A stretch of 51,503 nucleotides of DNA, counting the filler, from Catajapyx aquilonaris (lineage: Eukaryota): the NCBI GenBank assembly GCA_000934665.2. It is 2 parts of 2 records of this genome, joined end to end, with 100 filler letters (N's around TTAATTAATTAA, not from the genome) between each part and the next. Parts side by side here need not be neighbours in the genome. Positions count along the whole stretch, not along the records: positions 1 to 25,705 come from KZ539329.1; 1 more part is not named here. One strand, 5' to 3'. This document shows positions 11,011 through 21,775 of this stretch, in pieces. Position 1 is the stretch's first letter; every line of letters begins with the position of its first letter. The notes under the pieces are model-generated. The model ran no database searches. It saw only the letters and a list, made by a program, of their open reading frames with translations, and was not told the DNA's origin. The position numbers and the translations under genes were made by a program.

Positions 11011-11107
11011 TAGTACATCCAAGTGTGCATTTATTACTGTTCTGTAAAAAAAACTTTTACACACTCGTCCAGTTATTAATAATGCAAATTTTTGAAAACC
11101 CCTGTCA

Positions 11108-12559
11108 TTAACGTGTAGTGCGAGCACTTATAACACCTAACAATGTCCCGAAGCCTCTCTTCCAAATAATTACCTCAGGGACACGATGGTGTGATAACTT
11201 TGTGAGAGTACTGATGCCCGTATCAGGACAGGTACATTCATCAAATTCCAGTGTCTTGATATGTCCACATTGCGTGAGAAGATCCACGAAACTATTCCCC
11301 TTGAACTGGATTCCTCTGAAGTAAATGCAGGCCAATTGTGAACAGCTTGACACCACTGCTGAGATGAATCGGTCATCCAGGATAACAGAACCACATATGT
11401 CAAGGCTCTGGATTTTCTGGCCCACTTCTGGGACAGTCAAAAGTGAGACAAGCTGATCTCCGCCACCTATCAGAAGAAGCACATTGAGATGGCGGAGGTT
11501 TGGGAGACTGCTCAAACACTCATTCAGACCGCTCATACCAGAGTGCAATGGTAGAGTCAAGTCTTCCAGAAGCTGACACTGCTTGAGGTGGATGAAGTGA
11601 TCGGCTGTAAGCCAACCGGTAAGAACAACTTTCCGAAGTGCTGGTGCACATCTGCTTACTATCTTCAACTCCATAGGTAAATCACTCAGCGCAAAGGTAC
11701 TCAGTAGAGGCCAATTCCTTTTCAGCGACATGTCCGGGCCAATCCCATATTTAAAATCATCCATAATTACTTTCTCCAGCTTTGAGCTGTTGGTAAACAT
11801 GTCAAAGACATGACGGCTGCACTGGCAACCATTCTTCAGCAGCAGCACCTTGATATCTCCGCAACTGAAAATATACCGGTGTAACAGTACACAATCTAAT
11901 ATTTTATATTTTGGGAAGTTTGTTTGTTCGCTATAGAAATCAATGGGAAAACTACAAACTCTAGTGTGTAGGCTACAACCCACCTGGAGGCCACACGCTG
12001 CATTGACATACTGCAAATAATGTGGCAACGGTCCAGTTCGAGCGCTTCCAAGCTTGGAAACCGCTCTGCAACATGTAACAGGATATCATCGACATCTACT
12101 GGAGAGGACCACCTGTTCCACTTGACAAGTTGCACCCTCTTAAGTTTCTTCATCAGATCAAGCAGCTGCTTGGCTCTGTCCACAGTCACATAACGTCCGT
12201 CCAGCTTCACTTCCTTCCAAACCGAAGCGTGCATTACCAATTCACTCCAATTTTTGCACACTGGGGCTGCACTTTTCAGCAGGTCTCTTTGTGGCAAGTA
12301 TGCAAAAACCAACAGGAGCACCTCGTTGGGGATGCGAGGAATAGCACCTCCTGCATCAGCCGCCTGAAACATCAATGTTAGTAAGTCAACATGAAATATG
12401 TGTAAAAGCATACTGCTAATACCAACGAACGTAATAATAACGACGTTGCTAGTAATAATGCCAATGATATCAGTAAATGATTTTTAATTTTTTTCTTTGT
12501 TCCATTACCTTTTGTTCGGCCTCATTCTGGATATTCCCTTTCTTCTCACCGCTGCTCAT
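11108..12559 (-). CDS. F-box/leucine-rich-repeat (FBXL-like) protein, 395 aa
   Basis: Exons 12559-12509, 12363-11984 and 11864-11108, all GT-AG, with a perfect TACTAAC branch site before exon 2. F-box IPNEVLLLVFAYLPQRDLLKSAAPVCKNWSEL is followed by Cys-containing LRRs (FPSLEALELDRC, LPNLRHLNV, CGHIKTLEFDEC). AATAAA at 11035-11030. Confidence 0.9.
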
Positions 12560-13147
12560 CTCGTCCGCCTTCAGCCCTTTCCGTCACACCAGTAGATAAT
12601 TATGCGGCCTAAATCAGCCAACTTATACCCCGCAATTATCCAAAAAACCTAAAAAGAAGGGCGTACGCCTTTTCTTCTAGGAAATGTTGGGGGCCATAGT
12701 GTGGAACGATTCATTTCTCCATCGCGCAGCTGTTATAAATAAGAAGTGTCTTTGATAGCAGTTCCTCCTTAAGAGCGAACAAGTTATATTAGCTATAATG
12801 AATGTTATTGTAATGGGAAAGAATTCGTTTGAGATTTTAAATGATCGTCGAGAGCCTCCATGACCATAACTATCAATATTTTCAAAGGTATTGAATTGCT
12901 ACGAACTATGGACAATGTTAATGTATGAAATAAGGGAAATAAGGGGGGAATTGGCAAAATAAATGAGCGATGAAGCAGAAAGATACAGGCAAGACGACGA
13001 CTTCGCAAATAAAAAACTACAAAGTCGAATAACAAGTTTTCTTTTTAACCACAACTTTGGGCCATGGATCATATTTACATTACTTAACTCAACATACATT
13101 GTTGCTTGACTGATTTGTAACAAGTAGATTTTTAAACGCACCTTTCA

Positions 13148-13247
13148 ATTTTTTTGCGCATTTTGATGGAAGATTTAGCTTTATATGTATCTGGAAATGT
13201 AAACGACAGGTGTCAATAATTAACAACATTAAGTTCAGTGATGAATG
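13148..13247. repeat. Paralogue of 5473-5575 (edge of local duplication)
   Basis: tttttgc.cattttgatgga.gatttagctttatatg..tctggaaatgtaaa.gacag...aataattaacaa occurs at both places, each just upstream of a gene start. Confidence 0.85.
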
Positions 13248-14589
13248 ACAATAGTGCGTCTGGTCAGGTCTGGTACATAAAAAAAGCTGCGGGACTTCTT
13301 GATTGGAATATGCCACTTTCAGGGAACAAAGATGAGGTCATAATAGAGCGTTTAAGACCGGGAACCACTTCGACATCAGTGTAGGTCACCAAAATAATCA
13401 CCATTAAAGATGGCCGCCACCGGTTTCCTAAAATTGCTATATCTCAGCTGCTAGTGGTCCGAATTTAATTCCGTTTATTTTGTTCGCAGACTATTGTTAA
13501 TGAGAAACCTTAATGTAGACATGGATGTGTCTCTAAACCGCAGGGATTTCGCACGATTAAAATAATTAGCGAAATTTCACGTTTCACACGAATTTCATCC
13601 TTAATTACGTTGTTTACAACTAATATCATTGACTTAGTATATGATGAGATAATGATGAGAAATGCTGCTGAAAAATAACTACACCGTACTCCCGATTATC
13701 CGGGTGCGGATTATCCGAGCATCGACCAAAAAAAAATGTTCCCCTCCCTCGCGACCCACAGTTTGTGAAGCCCTGATCACGGCCCTGAGATTGTCACCAT
13801 TTGACCTTGCGGGCTGTGTTTCCCCCATTAGACAGGTTCCTCTCGAGCTGACAAAAATAAATGAGAAATCCTACATTATGGCCCACACATGGAAATTTTT
13901 CCACTGTAGATGAGTTTCTGCTACAAATATAGGTTGCACTATTGTAGGTAAATACTGCTAAATTGTTTATTTTACTCACATGATTATTTCGAGGACTGCC
14001 CTAGCCAAATTTCAAGCGGATTTGACATGATTCTTGTCCTGTCTGCAACCCATGGAAATATCAGGATTGGCCCTTGTGATCTTCAATGCTCACTCTGGAT
14101 GCATTCCCCGACAACCATTGGTGGGTACAGTCATACGCATCATTTTTTGGGGCTTTGGAGGCCAGATATTATTGCTCATGGACTACCGTACTTATAACGT
14201 GAAAGAACTATTACAGGCCCTCAATATTATAGACCCTTAATAATAACACCAACCTTTAGGCGAAGCCAATATACGCCAGCAAGGAAGAGAAACATGGGTA
14301 TAGATATGCTGTGGAATCCTCTTCCATCATGACAATCGGTAACCACTTCCTAAAATAGTGTACAACAGTTCCTGGAACACAGTTCCACAGGGGCCCTGTA
14401 TACCGGTTCCACAGAGTGGTTACCCCCTCAATGACAATGCCCCAGCACATTTGAGACATGCTTCCTAGTTCTCAACAGCTTACATCTGCATGGCTGTGAG
14501 CTACTTACTCATAAGAAGTTCTATTTACCAGACCTGCCCCCATTGAACACATGCATGTTTTAAAGGAATCCTAAAAGTAAAATGGTTAA

Positions 14590-14767
14590 GGGGTCGTGCA
14601 AATACCACGTGACCGATTTTAGGCCACTTTTTGTGNNNNNNNNNNNNNNNNNNNNNNNNNNNNNNNNNNNNNNNNNNNNNNNNNNNNNNNNNNNNNNNNN
14701 NNNNNNNNNNNNNCGTGAACTGTCACCGACCCCCCCCCAAACGGTCACGTGGTATTTGCACGACCCC
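14590..14767. mobile_element. PIF/Harbinger-like MITE A (contains N gap)
   Basis: Perfect 26-bp TIR ggggtcgtgcaaataccacgtgaccg / cggtcacgtggtatttgcacgacccc. TAA at 14587-14589 and 14768-14770. Confidence 0.85.
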
Positions 14768-14770
14768 TAA

Positions 14771-15098
14771 AGCTGGCTGCACACCAGCCGTTGTAGCTGC
14801 CGCAGGAGTCGGAGTCACCGCAATGTCCCGCCAATCAGCGCGAAGTTGGGTTTCACACAGGTGTTCCATTTTTGGAGTTGTTGCTACCACTTGTCCAGTT
14901 TGCCGCTAGGGCGTGCGAGCTATTCTCCCTGCCTATTGGCCATCCGCTCCTAGCCGCAGCCGCTGTTGCAGTTGCATATTCCAAAAGGCGGGCCCGTCCA
15001 ACTTTCGTGCGGACAGCTGCGACTGCGACACCCGCAGCCTTGGGCTCATTGGTGGGTGGAGTCCAACTGCAGCTGCAACGGCTCGTGTGAAGCCAGCT
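14771..15098. mobile_element. PIF/Harbinger-like MITE B
   Basis: TIR (27/30 match) agctggctgcacaccagccgttgtagctgc / gcagctgcaacggctcgtgtgaagccagct. TAA at 14768-14770 and 15099-15101. Confidence 0.85.
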
Positions 15099-15150
15099 TA
15101 ACTTGTAAAACAGCTCTTTTGCTTGATCCACTCTCATACATGGTGGCACA

Positions 15151-15192
15151 CAAGAAATATAGAGAATATAGAGAACTACTCTATATTTCTTG
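15151..15192. mobile_element. 42-bp mini TIR element with 9-bp TSD
   Basis: Perfect 14-bp TIR caagaaatatagag / ctctatatttcttg. TSD ggtggcaca at 15142-15150 and 15193-15201; a single copy is present at the paralogous empty site 6711-6719. Confidence 0.85.
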
Positions 15193-15491
15193 GGTGGCAC
15201 AGTATACAAGAAAAGTGGATGATGGGATTTCAAAGCAGTTCTCTGAGGTGATGTAGTACAGGGGTCAGCAAATGGCTGCAGATGGCACTTGGAACCTGCA
15301 GCAGTTTTTATTTCCATTTTTACTGCATTGGTAGATGACAACCTATTAAGTCACTTGTTGTTCACTAAAATTGAAATTTAAAAAAGCTGACTGCGTTTCT
15401 TTTTGCACAAGGTGGCATTCCTTCAAATTGGGTATTTAGAATGGGACACCTCATCAAAGCATTAAATGTCAGTTTTAGTGAACTACTACTT

Positions 15492-15800
15492 GTAGCAGAT
15501 AACCCGGCGTTGGGCAGGAAGTTTTGTTGTGGTGGAGTGGTACAGGTATGTTCCAGGCACCTCTAAAGCTTCATCTGAGGTGGCCAATCATGCCTGTTAG
15601 CCGAGTCAATGCATGTGTGGAATTTATGCCAATAGGCTGTAAATGAGCGGGAGGGGGTCAGGTAAATAATTTTTGCGAGGCATGTAGGGGCTGGAACATC
15701 CTTGTGACAAGTGCTTTCAGCTTCAAGAACAACACATTGGAAAGTGATCTTTTCAGTCGCTTGAGAGCAGGTCCCTCACGCCCATATCTTTATATTATAC
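15492..15800 (-). mobile_element. Degenerate Helitron-like element
   Basis: Minus-strand 3' end cccaacgccgggttatctgcta(c) resembles the 3' end of the element at 90-396. A possible 5' end, tataatataaag, lies near 15800. Confidence 0.45.
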
Positions 15801-15976
15801 ACCTGCACTATCTTGCTCAAAGAGATGAGACGATTTTGCATTTGGTTTCAATTCCTAATAATCTCCGTCTTTTTGAGCGATATAGTACTTTCAATTTGGT
15901 CATCTAAAATAAATACATTTTGGTGACTATAAGAATTATGTCACAATTAACAACATAGATTCACTGTTTCAAAATT

Positions 15977-16934
15977 TTTATTCTAGCCACATATTAAATA
16001 TATATTTATATAACTCAAAACACACTTTTGGAGCTGCGAATTTGTGTGCTGCCATCTGTTTGTGCACAAAAATGAGATCCCTCAAAAAAAAGCTTCCTAG
16101 TTATACATATCTATTCTACCACCAGTTTTTTAAGCTAGGATTCAAAAAATATGATGCATTTTTTTTTTTCCCACGATTTTTAAAACTACAAGCTATTGGA
16201 TGTGGCACTAAGCACAATTAATAGATCATTACACATTTTGCTCGGTCCCCATATTAATTCTATTTATACCAGGTGATCCATAATAAACTCCCCACACCAT
16301 ATCATGAAGCAAATTTTAATCACAACTATCGACAAATCCAGGCCACGCAAAACTGTATCATTGGCTTAGCTGGATAGTGCATCCATTAAGATTAGGGTAG
16401 TTACCAATCCAGTTCTTGCTAAAGCGGCATTTGGATTTAATTGGCATTAAAAGTTACTGTATCATGCGGCGTGGGGAGTTTATTGTGAACCACTCTTTTA
16501 TACAATATGCTGCACCTGTTGTTGTTTTTTTGTAATAAAGGTTAACGTAACATAAAAGTCTGTCACAGACTTGATATCACACACATTATTTTTTAAATCC
16601 CCATAGTGCATAGGTCCAAGCACTCCTTGTTATTACACAATTTTTTTGGGTTAGCTAAGTACAGTAACAACAAAAAAAAATCTACACTATATAGTGTTCT
16701 CTTACAAAAAATTTCCTGTACATTCACCGTACTTATTTTCTTTCCCTTATGTACAAAATTGCGTCCATAACAACTACCATTTTTCACATTGCAATGGAAT
16801 GTCATGACCCTACATTGAAACGGAAGACACACGTTTAAAAAAAGTTAATCACACTTGTCTTTCACTGTTGGGGATTAAAAAACAAAAAGATCCACAGCTG
16901 CCACTCACACCTGTCTGGCATTGATGAAAAAGTC
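15977..16934 (-). promoter_or_regulatory. Putative 3' UTR of yan-like gene with miRNA seed matches
   Basis: AU-rich region after the stop codon, with AATAAA at 15982-15977. GY-box/miR-7 site GTCTTCC at 16828-16822; miR-1 8mer ACATTCCA at 16802-16795; K-box TGTGAT at 16853-16848, 16581-16576 and 16324-16319. Confidence 0.6.
16273..16493. mobile_element. Old MITE inside putative yan 3' UTR
   Basis: Imperfect 23-bp inverted repeat gtgatccataataaactccccac / gtggggagtttattgtgaaccac. Confidence 0.6.
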
Positions 16935-19900
16935 TTAGTCTGAGCCATCCTCAGTTTTGATCGTTATGTGAGGTATGAAAGGATTGTTCCTCTCGCTGCT
17001 CCGCTCACTTGAATCCATGCTCAGGTCAGTCGGCATGTCATCGTAAGCATCACATACCTCCGACTTAGGTGCATTTCCAGGGGCATTACTTGTGCTGTTG
17101 TTGCCACCATTGGCTGCCATTTGCTGCCGCAACAAAGAGATGTTCTTAATGTTCTTCAGCTCACCTGGATTTCTCAAGAATCTGTAATAAAATATTGCAC
17201 ATTAATGCCACTAAATGTTACTGATTCTGTTGACACACACATACATCCACATGGTTCCACCTCTAAATACATATAAGTTATCTAAAAAATTGCAGGTTCA
17301 CCAGATCCTTCAGTCTACTTTTGAGACACCTGCATCGAGCAAGGTGTTGACGCTCTATTGCCCATAATTAACCTCAAGCAAGTTGCACACATAATTAGAT
17401 TAAATTTGTCACTGTTTCCAATCGATTAATGGGCACAATGAAAGTTGGTGGGAATTTTAGGTTGGTAAAAGGTACATCTAGTTCTCCCAATATACCATTT
17501 CTACATATGCAATTGCTATGGTGTCATCCAATTCTTCACACTGCTCATTAATAACCAATCAATCTCCAGAGCACTTGATATTCCTTATCTACTGGCAGAT
17601 AACGGTGCAATTAACCCCATCTTTCCTATTCTCTCTTCCCCCCCCCCCCTCCCTACCCCACCACACCCATGGTCTTTACAATGTCCTGGTTATGGCATCA
17701 GTGGAAGTTACATTAGATAAACGATGCCACTCCCCGGAAATATTCATTTTCTGAGTAACATTTGCACAGAGCGTGGCTTACTTGGTGACCATTTGACTTA
17801 CTGGTAGCAATGCCTCTCTCCCTGAACCTTCCTGAGGATGTTGACCCTGTAGTAATATCTGAGGGCGCGACTCATCTTGTCATAATTCATTGACAAGTGG
17901 TTCTTCTGGATGCCCCACAAGCGGGCCAGCCCTGGTGGATCCACTATCTTGAAAACACCGATCTCACGGTTTTTCCAGGCAATGTAGTTGCAGTAGCGCT
18001 GAGCTGGGTCATTCAGAAGTTGCTGTAGGAAGTCCCACAGAAGGCGGCCATCTTTCATGCAATGAAAATTTTATTAGAAATGGGTCAAAATTTCAGTGTG
18101 ACAAACTTCCCTTTAAAGAACTAATTAATAAGATTGACACAAAAGCAGCAGGTATAACTTCTCAAAATTTGCAATAGCTACTTCCACATTTTACAAAACT
18201 TGTGCAGTGTATGAAATTTAATAATGGCATATATTCACACATAAAAACAAATGTATCATTCAAAGTTATATCCTGTTCCATTATGGCAGCATATGATAAA
18301 TTTTCTAGGCAAGGGTCAATTAATTATGTAATGGTTATTACAATCATGTCTGGCAACCCCTTCAGCTTCACAATATTGCCTGCATTTTGACATGCTTCCA
18401 AAAAGTCTCTCTACTGTTATCACAGTGACACAATTTAGCAGTAGTTTCTAAACATCACAAAACATTTGGAGTAATTCAAAATAATTATGAAATTAATTAG
18501 CAAAATTAGAAATCAAAGTAATTCAGAAAATTACTTCACGATTAATACTAAAGTTTTAAATGATTTTACTTCAATTCTATTCCAATTCAGGTCTTTCAGT
18601 CTGTCACTAACATCCTTACTTGTGTTAGTTTCAGCTGCTTCTGTGGGAGGTGCCTCCTCTTTGACAGGCTGCGGTGGCTGTGGTGGTGGCTGAACTGGCA
18701 CATGCACTGCTTGTGCTTGGGCTTGTGCCTCCTTCACAGCGGGTGACGCTGCTGGTGCCACAACCGGTGGTGACCTTCCCGGACTGCATGGGTCCTGCAG
18801 GCTATCCTCAGAATCTGATTGGCTCCCTGACTGCCCACTGTGTGTGCTGCTTCCACTGCTACTGCCACTAAACACAGCTGCCAGGTGCTGGTTTCCATGG
18901 TGCCCATGACCGTGACCATGTGTTTGGTTTCCAGGTGACCCTCCAGATGAGCTGGCACCATCCTGGTTCAGCTGTTGGTGCTGCGGACTCCCTTGTTGTG
19001 AATCCACTGAGGGGGCAGGGCTCAGGGTGACGGAATTTGACTGGTGGATCAGGTGCTGGAGTGAGTGGAGGTCCGAAGTGAGCATGGGCCAAGCTGAAGT
19101 CTGAGTTGGTGTATGGGGAGAGAGGTGTTGTGTGGCCCCCGGGTGCATCTGGGCTGGTCCTGGGAGAATGGAGCGAGCTGAGGTAGGGGTCAAGGGGGAA
19201 GAGGGGAGACGAGGGACAGGGGCATCCCGAATGAGAAGTTGGAGGGCATTGTGGACCACATCTCCGGCACCCGGAGCACGGACGTCCAGGTCTGTCTTGG
19301 TAAGTAGGCATAGGGCCTTACCTACAAAATAAGGGTACATCAGAAAATGCACTTGCTTTACAAAGTTAGTAAGAATTTTACACATTCCATCAGATATGGG
19401 TTAAATGTCTATTTTCTCAATTTGTAGAGAAACCCAATTGCTAGTTCACCAAGAATATCACATATGATGTACAGTACCGCTCATAAAGAATGGTACGACT
19501 CTATGGACAAAATGTTTATTCTGTTCCCAACCCCTGGGTCACCAGCATGTTTTTAGGGGTCACGAGGAAGGCTGGGAAATGGCAATTAAAATCAAGAAAT
19601 AAAGAGAAGAAAAAAACAAGGCAAAGTAAGACAATTTAAGGGGGGAAATTCCTCTCAAATTTATGTAAGCATTGTACCAGGTTGAACATTTTGGCAATAA
19701 AATTTTTCGGAAAAGTCGGGAGGGGGTCATATGGGTCGCCAGAGATCTAGGACATACTGTCGCAACGAAATCAGGTTGGGAATAATGCTGGATAGTCATA
19801 ATAAACACGTTGTCCATAGAGTCGTACCATTCTTTATGAGCGGGACTGTGCTATTGTGCATGACTTACCATTCATTTGAAACCGCTCAATATCAAATTGT

Positions 19901-21227
19901 GGTAGATCAAAGTCCCGCTCGCACCAGTGGAGGAAGGTAACCACATCTTCTCGAGACCATAGCCGTGGGTCAGCAGCTGAAATTATCGATATTGAGATTA
20001 TTAACACACCTGGTAATTTGAATTTACCTCCTCATGACAACAATCAACATCAGAAGGTTCTGGGTTTCAATCCCGATGCAGGATATTTACCTCGGTGATA
20101 AGTTTAAAAAGAAGAAACCTGAGGGAGGCAATAATCAGGGCCACAATAATTTGTCATTATTGTTGTTTATCTTTAAATTGGCCATTGGGGGAAACAATCC
20201 TCCTACATACTCCCACACCATCCTGTTAAAATGCAGATTTAGGGAGTGCCTCGTCCTATAAATATAGTTCATGTTCTGGTATGATCAGCCTGGCAGATAG
20301 TATTAAAATGTCACAGTCAAAGGAAACCCATGCATCTCATGGTATCAGAAATTTTCCATAACAGCAAATGTGGATTAGTATAGTATTTTGCCATTTCATA
20401 TGCAAGATGATAATGTCAAACAACCAAGAAATTTGGTATAACTCTCGCAAAATCCCACAATAATTGATATAATGCATTTTAGTCATGCTAGCTTTTCCAT
20501 CCCATAAATTTAAAATTCTCAACATCAAGAATTTACAGGTAATGTCAAATGCTATTTCAAAGCACCAGCAACATGAACTGTACAATTTAAACAGTAGCTC
20601 TTTACAACTTATAATACCACACTTATAATCCTGGCAGAGTTGCTTAGTGGTTGTAAAAAAACAAAGCTGCCCAAACTGGGTAAATTTAATATTGTGCAGA
20701 TGACACCACAGAAAAAATAGCCTCATTTATTTACACACATTCCTCTGCCATTCTTCTTCCATATTAATACCCTCATGCTTTTGTACCTATTCATATGTAC
20801 GTGGCGATTGAGAATTATCCCTCTATGTAGGTCGGGCCAAAGACCATCTGGTATGCAGAACGTATGCTATGAATTTATAAACTCTTTGTTGTTCTGAACA
20901 ATTACTAATTCCTGGGATAGCTAGATGATATTGTAGTGCCATACACAATACCTCAGTCACCTTGTATGACACAAATTGCAAAATATAACTTCCTCAGTAC
21001 CCATCATGCACATCTACCATTAATATAACCATAACACTGCACAATATTAACTGCATTTTTGACTGACCTAAGCTCCCAGGCATCTGTGTCTTGAAGTCGA
21101 GAATGGGTGATGGTGGCGGGTGTTGTGGAAAGCCCAAGGGGTAGCGCCAGAGGAGATCTGGGCTGAAGGGTAGTGGCAGGGGCAGACGGTCCATCGGCCC
21201 ACTCAGGTTCAGTGGCGGCACTTTCAT
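16935..21227 (-). CDS. aop: ETS transcriptional repressor Yan/anterior open (ETV6/TEL-like), SAM-PNT + ETS, 488 aa
   Basis: Coding exons 21227-21068, 19976-19869, 19321-18620, 18051-17802 and 17181-16935; all GT-AG, phases consistent, 1467 nt in total. [45 protein letters not shown]...[29 protein letters not shown]...[62 protein letters not shown], which is the Yan-type signature. An acceptor at 21344 and an in-frame upstream stop imply a non-coding first exon further right. Confidence 0.96.
19472..19848. mobile_element. Tc1/mariner-type MITE in yan intron
   Basis: About 39-bp TIR cagtaccgctcataaagaatggtacgactctatggacaa / ttgtccatagagtcgtaccattctttatgagcgggactg, flanked by TA on the left and TG on the right. 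Confidence 0.85.
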
Positions 21228-21723
21228 AGCCGGCCCTAGGCCCTTCTTTTCCAGGTGTGATATTCTTCTTTAAAGGTGGTGATGGAGATGATGGGAGGGA
21301 AAATGGAGGGTGGTGGTATCGGGGTCTGATGATCAGGCTGCACCTGAAAGGAAAACCAGGAAGTGTTTTTTTTCTTCTTTTTTTAAAAGGAGAGGTAGTA
21401 ATTGCGAGGAGGAAGTTAAAGAGCACCAAGGACAGCACTTCTCTTCCTCATCCTCCTCTGAGATGGGGATTTGACTTCACCATCAACACAAGGCCACTAC
21501 ACTTTGAGACTGGTTTTGACCTCTAAAGTGGCATTAGGCATGAGTATTGTAGCATGCGGTTAACGGTTGTTCGTGTGCCATGTAACATACGACACAAATT
21601 GATATGACTGCAATATATTCTGCCTCCTTTGTGAGATTAAACACTGACGTCTAAAATTTCAAGTGAGCTGCAAAGTAATGATGCAACAATTTATACTTGG
21701 AAAGATTAATGCAAAAAATCTTT

Positions 21724-21775
21724 AAGAAGAAGAAGAAGAAGAAGAAGAAGAATAATAATAATAATAATAATAATA
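21724..21775. repeat. Compound (AAG)n(AAT)n microsatellite
   Basis: Directly visible. Confidence 0.95.

Larger units (their letters stand above)
13742..15342 (-). pseudogene. Decayed 3' half of a Munc13-4/BAIAP3-like gene, copy 2, interrupted by three insertions
   Basis: Direct repeat of 5801-6770. An additional phase-2 acceptor at 15343 (TTAATAG|G TTG TCA TCT ACC AAT GCA) matches the phase at which the intact gene's last visible exon ends. Confidence 0.55.

Noticed and set aside
11865..11983. Two separate overlapping genes (ORFs 11896..12411 and 11108..12028)
   Set aside because: A 119-nt GT-AG intron joins them into one F-box/LRR gene.
18868..19311. 147-aa alternative-frame ORF inside yan exon 3
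   Set aside because: This is expected in GC-rich, low-complexity coding sequence; there is no domain and no independent support.
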